Source: Chrysomallon squamiferum
Lineage: Eukaryota; Animalia; Mollusca
Assembly (NCBI GenBank): GCA_012295275.1
Contig: CM022674.1
Span: 124,001 to 188,000, forward strand
DNA: 64,000 nt
Direction of reading: 5' to 3'
Shown here: positions 63,550 through 64,000 of the stretch, piece after piece
Numbering within the stretch: the stretch's first letter is position 1
Layout of the letters: each line of letters opens with the position of its first letter
Notes under the pieces: generated by a model
What the model saw: only the letters and a program-made list of their open reading frames with translations
Database searches by the model: none
Told to the model about the DNA's origin: nothing
Translations under genes and position numbers: made by a program

Positions 63550-64000
63550 AGTGGAGAAATTTATTTTGTTATTGTCATTACTTTTAAGATATTCAAACAC
63601 TGGAGAAACTTGTTATTGTCATTACTTTTAAGATATTCAAGCTCTGGAGAAATTTATTTTGTTATTATCATTACTTTTAAGATATTCAAACACTGGAGAA
63701 ACTTATTTTGTTATTGTCATTACTTTTAAAGATATTCAAACTCTGGAGAAATTTATTTTGTTATTGTCATTACTTTTAAGATATTCAAACTCTGGAGAAA
63801 TTTATTTTGTTATTATCATTACTTTTAAGATATTCAAGCTCTGGAGAAATTTATTTTGTTATTGTCATTACTTTTAAGATATTCAAACTCTGGAGAAATT
63901 TATTTTGTTATTGTCATTACTTTTAAGATATTCAAGCACTGGAGAAATTTATTTTGTTATTATCATTACTTTTAAGATATTCAAGCTCTGGAGAAATTTA
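63550..64000. repeat. About 49-nt minisatellite CTGGAGAAATTTATTTTGTTATTGTCATTACTTTTAAGATATTCAAA, runs off the window end
   Basis: Nine or more directly visible copies. Confidence 0.95.

Overview
AT-rich, microsatellite-laden animal genomic DNA (invertebrate; a mollusc or other lophotrochozoan is my inference from composition and protein style). Almost all ORF-track entries are repeat artefacts, so the genes were assembled by hand from spliced exons. In order: (1) last two coding exons of an ACK/TNK2-family kinase (C-terminal UBA-like region, +, 1347-1968). (2) A decayed relic of gene 4 at about 8270-8500. (3) A degenerate Penelope-like retroelement (about 8940-10115). (4) An unannotated 7-exon secreted-protein gene (+, 13446-17558, about 255 aa), invisible to the ORF track: a signal-peptide exon, five duplicated phase-0 Arg/Lys/His-rich cassette exons ending in I-[W/Y/F]-[P/R/H], and a Gly/Ser-rich tail. 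(5) A complete 15-exon SLC6 Na+-coupled amino-acid transporter resembling the NAT clade (+, 19397-33704, 646 aa), with one GC-AG intron. (6) A complete 25-exon EMC1 (-, 35866-55307, 985 aa). (7) A probable divergent promoter/first exon near 56 kb. Two things stand out: the modular secreted gene with signs of fast exon evolution, and several unrelated minisatellite arrays that sit on and multiply real splice junctions in three different genes.
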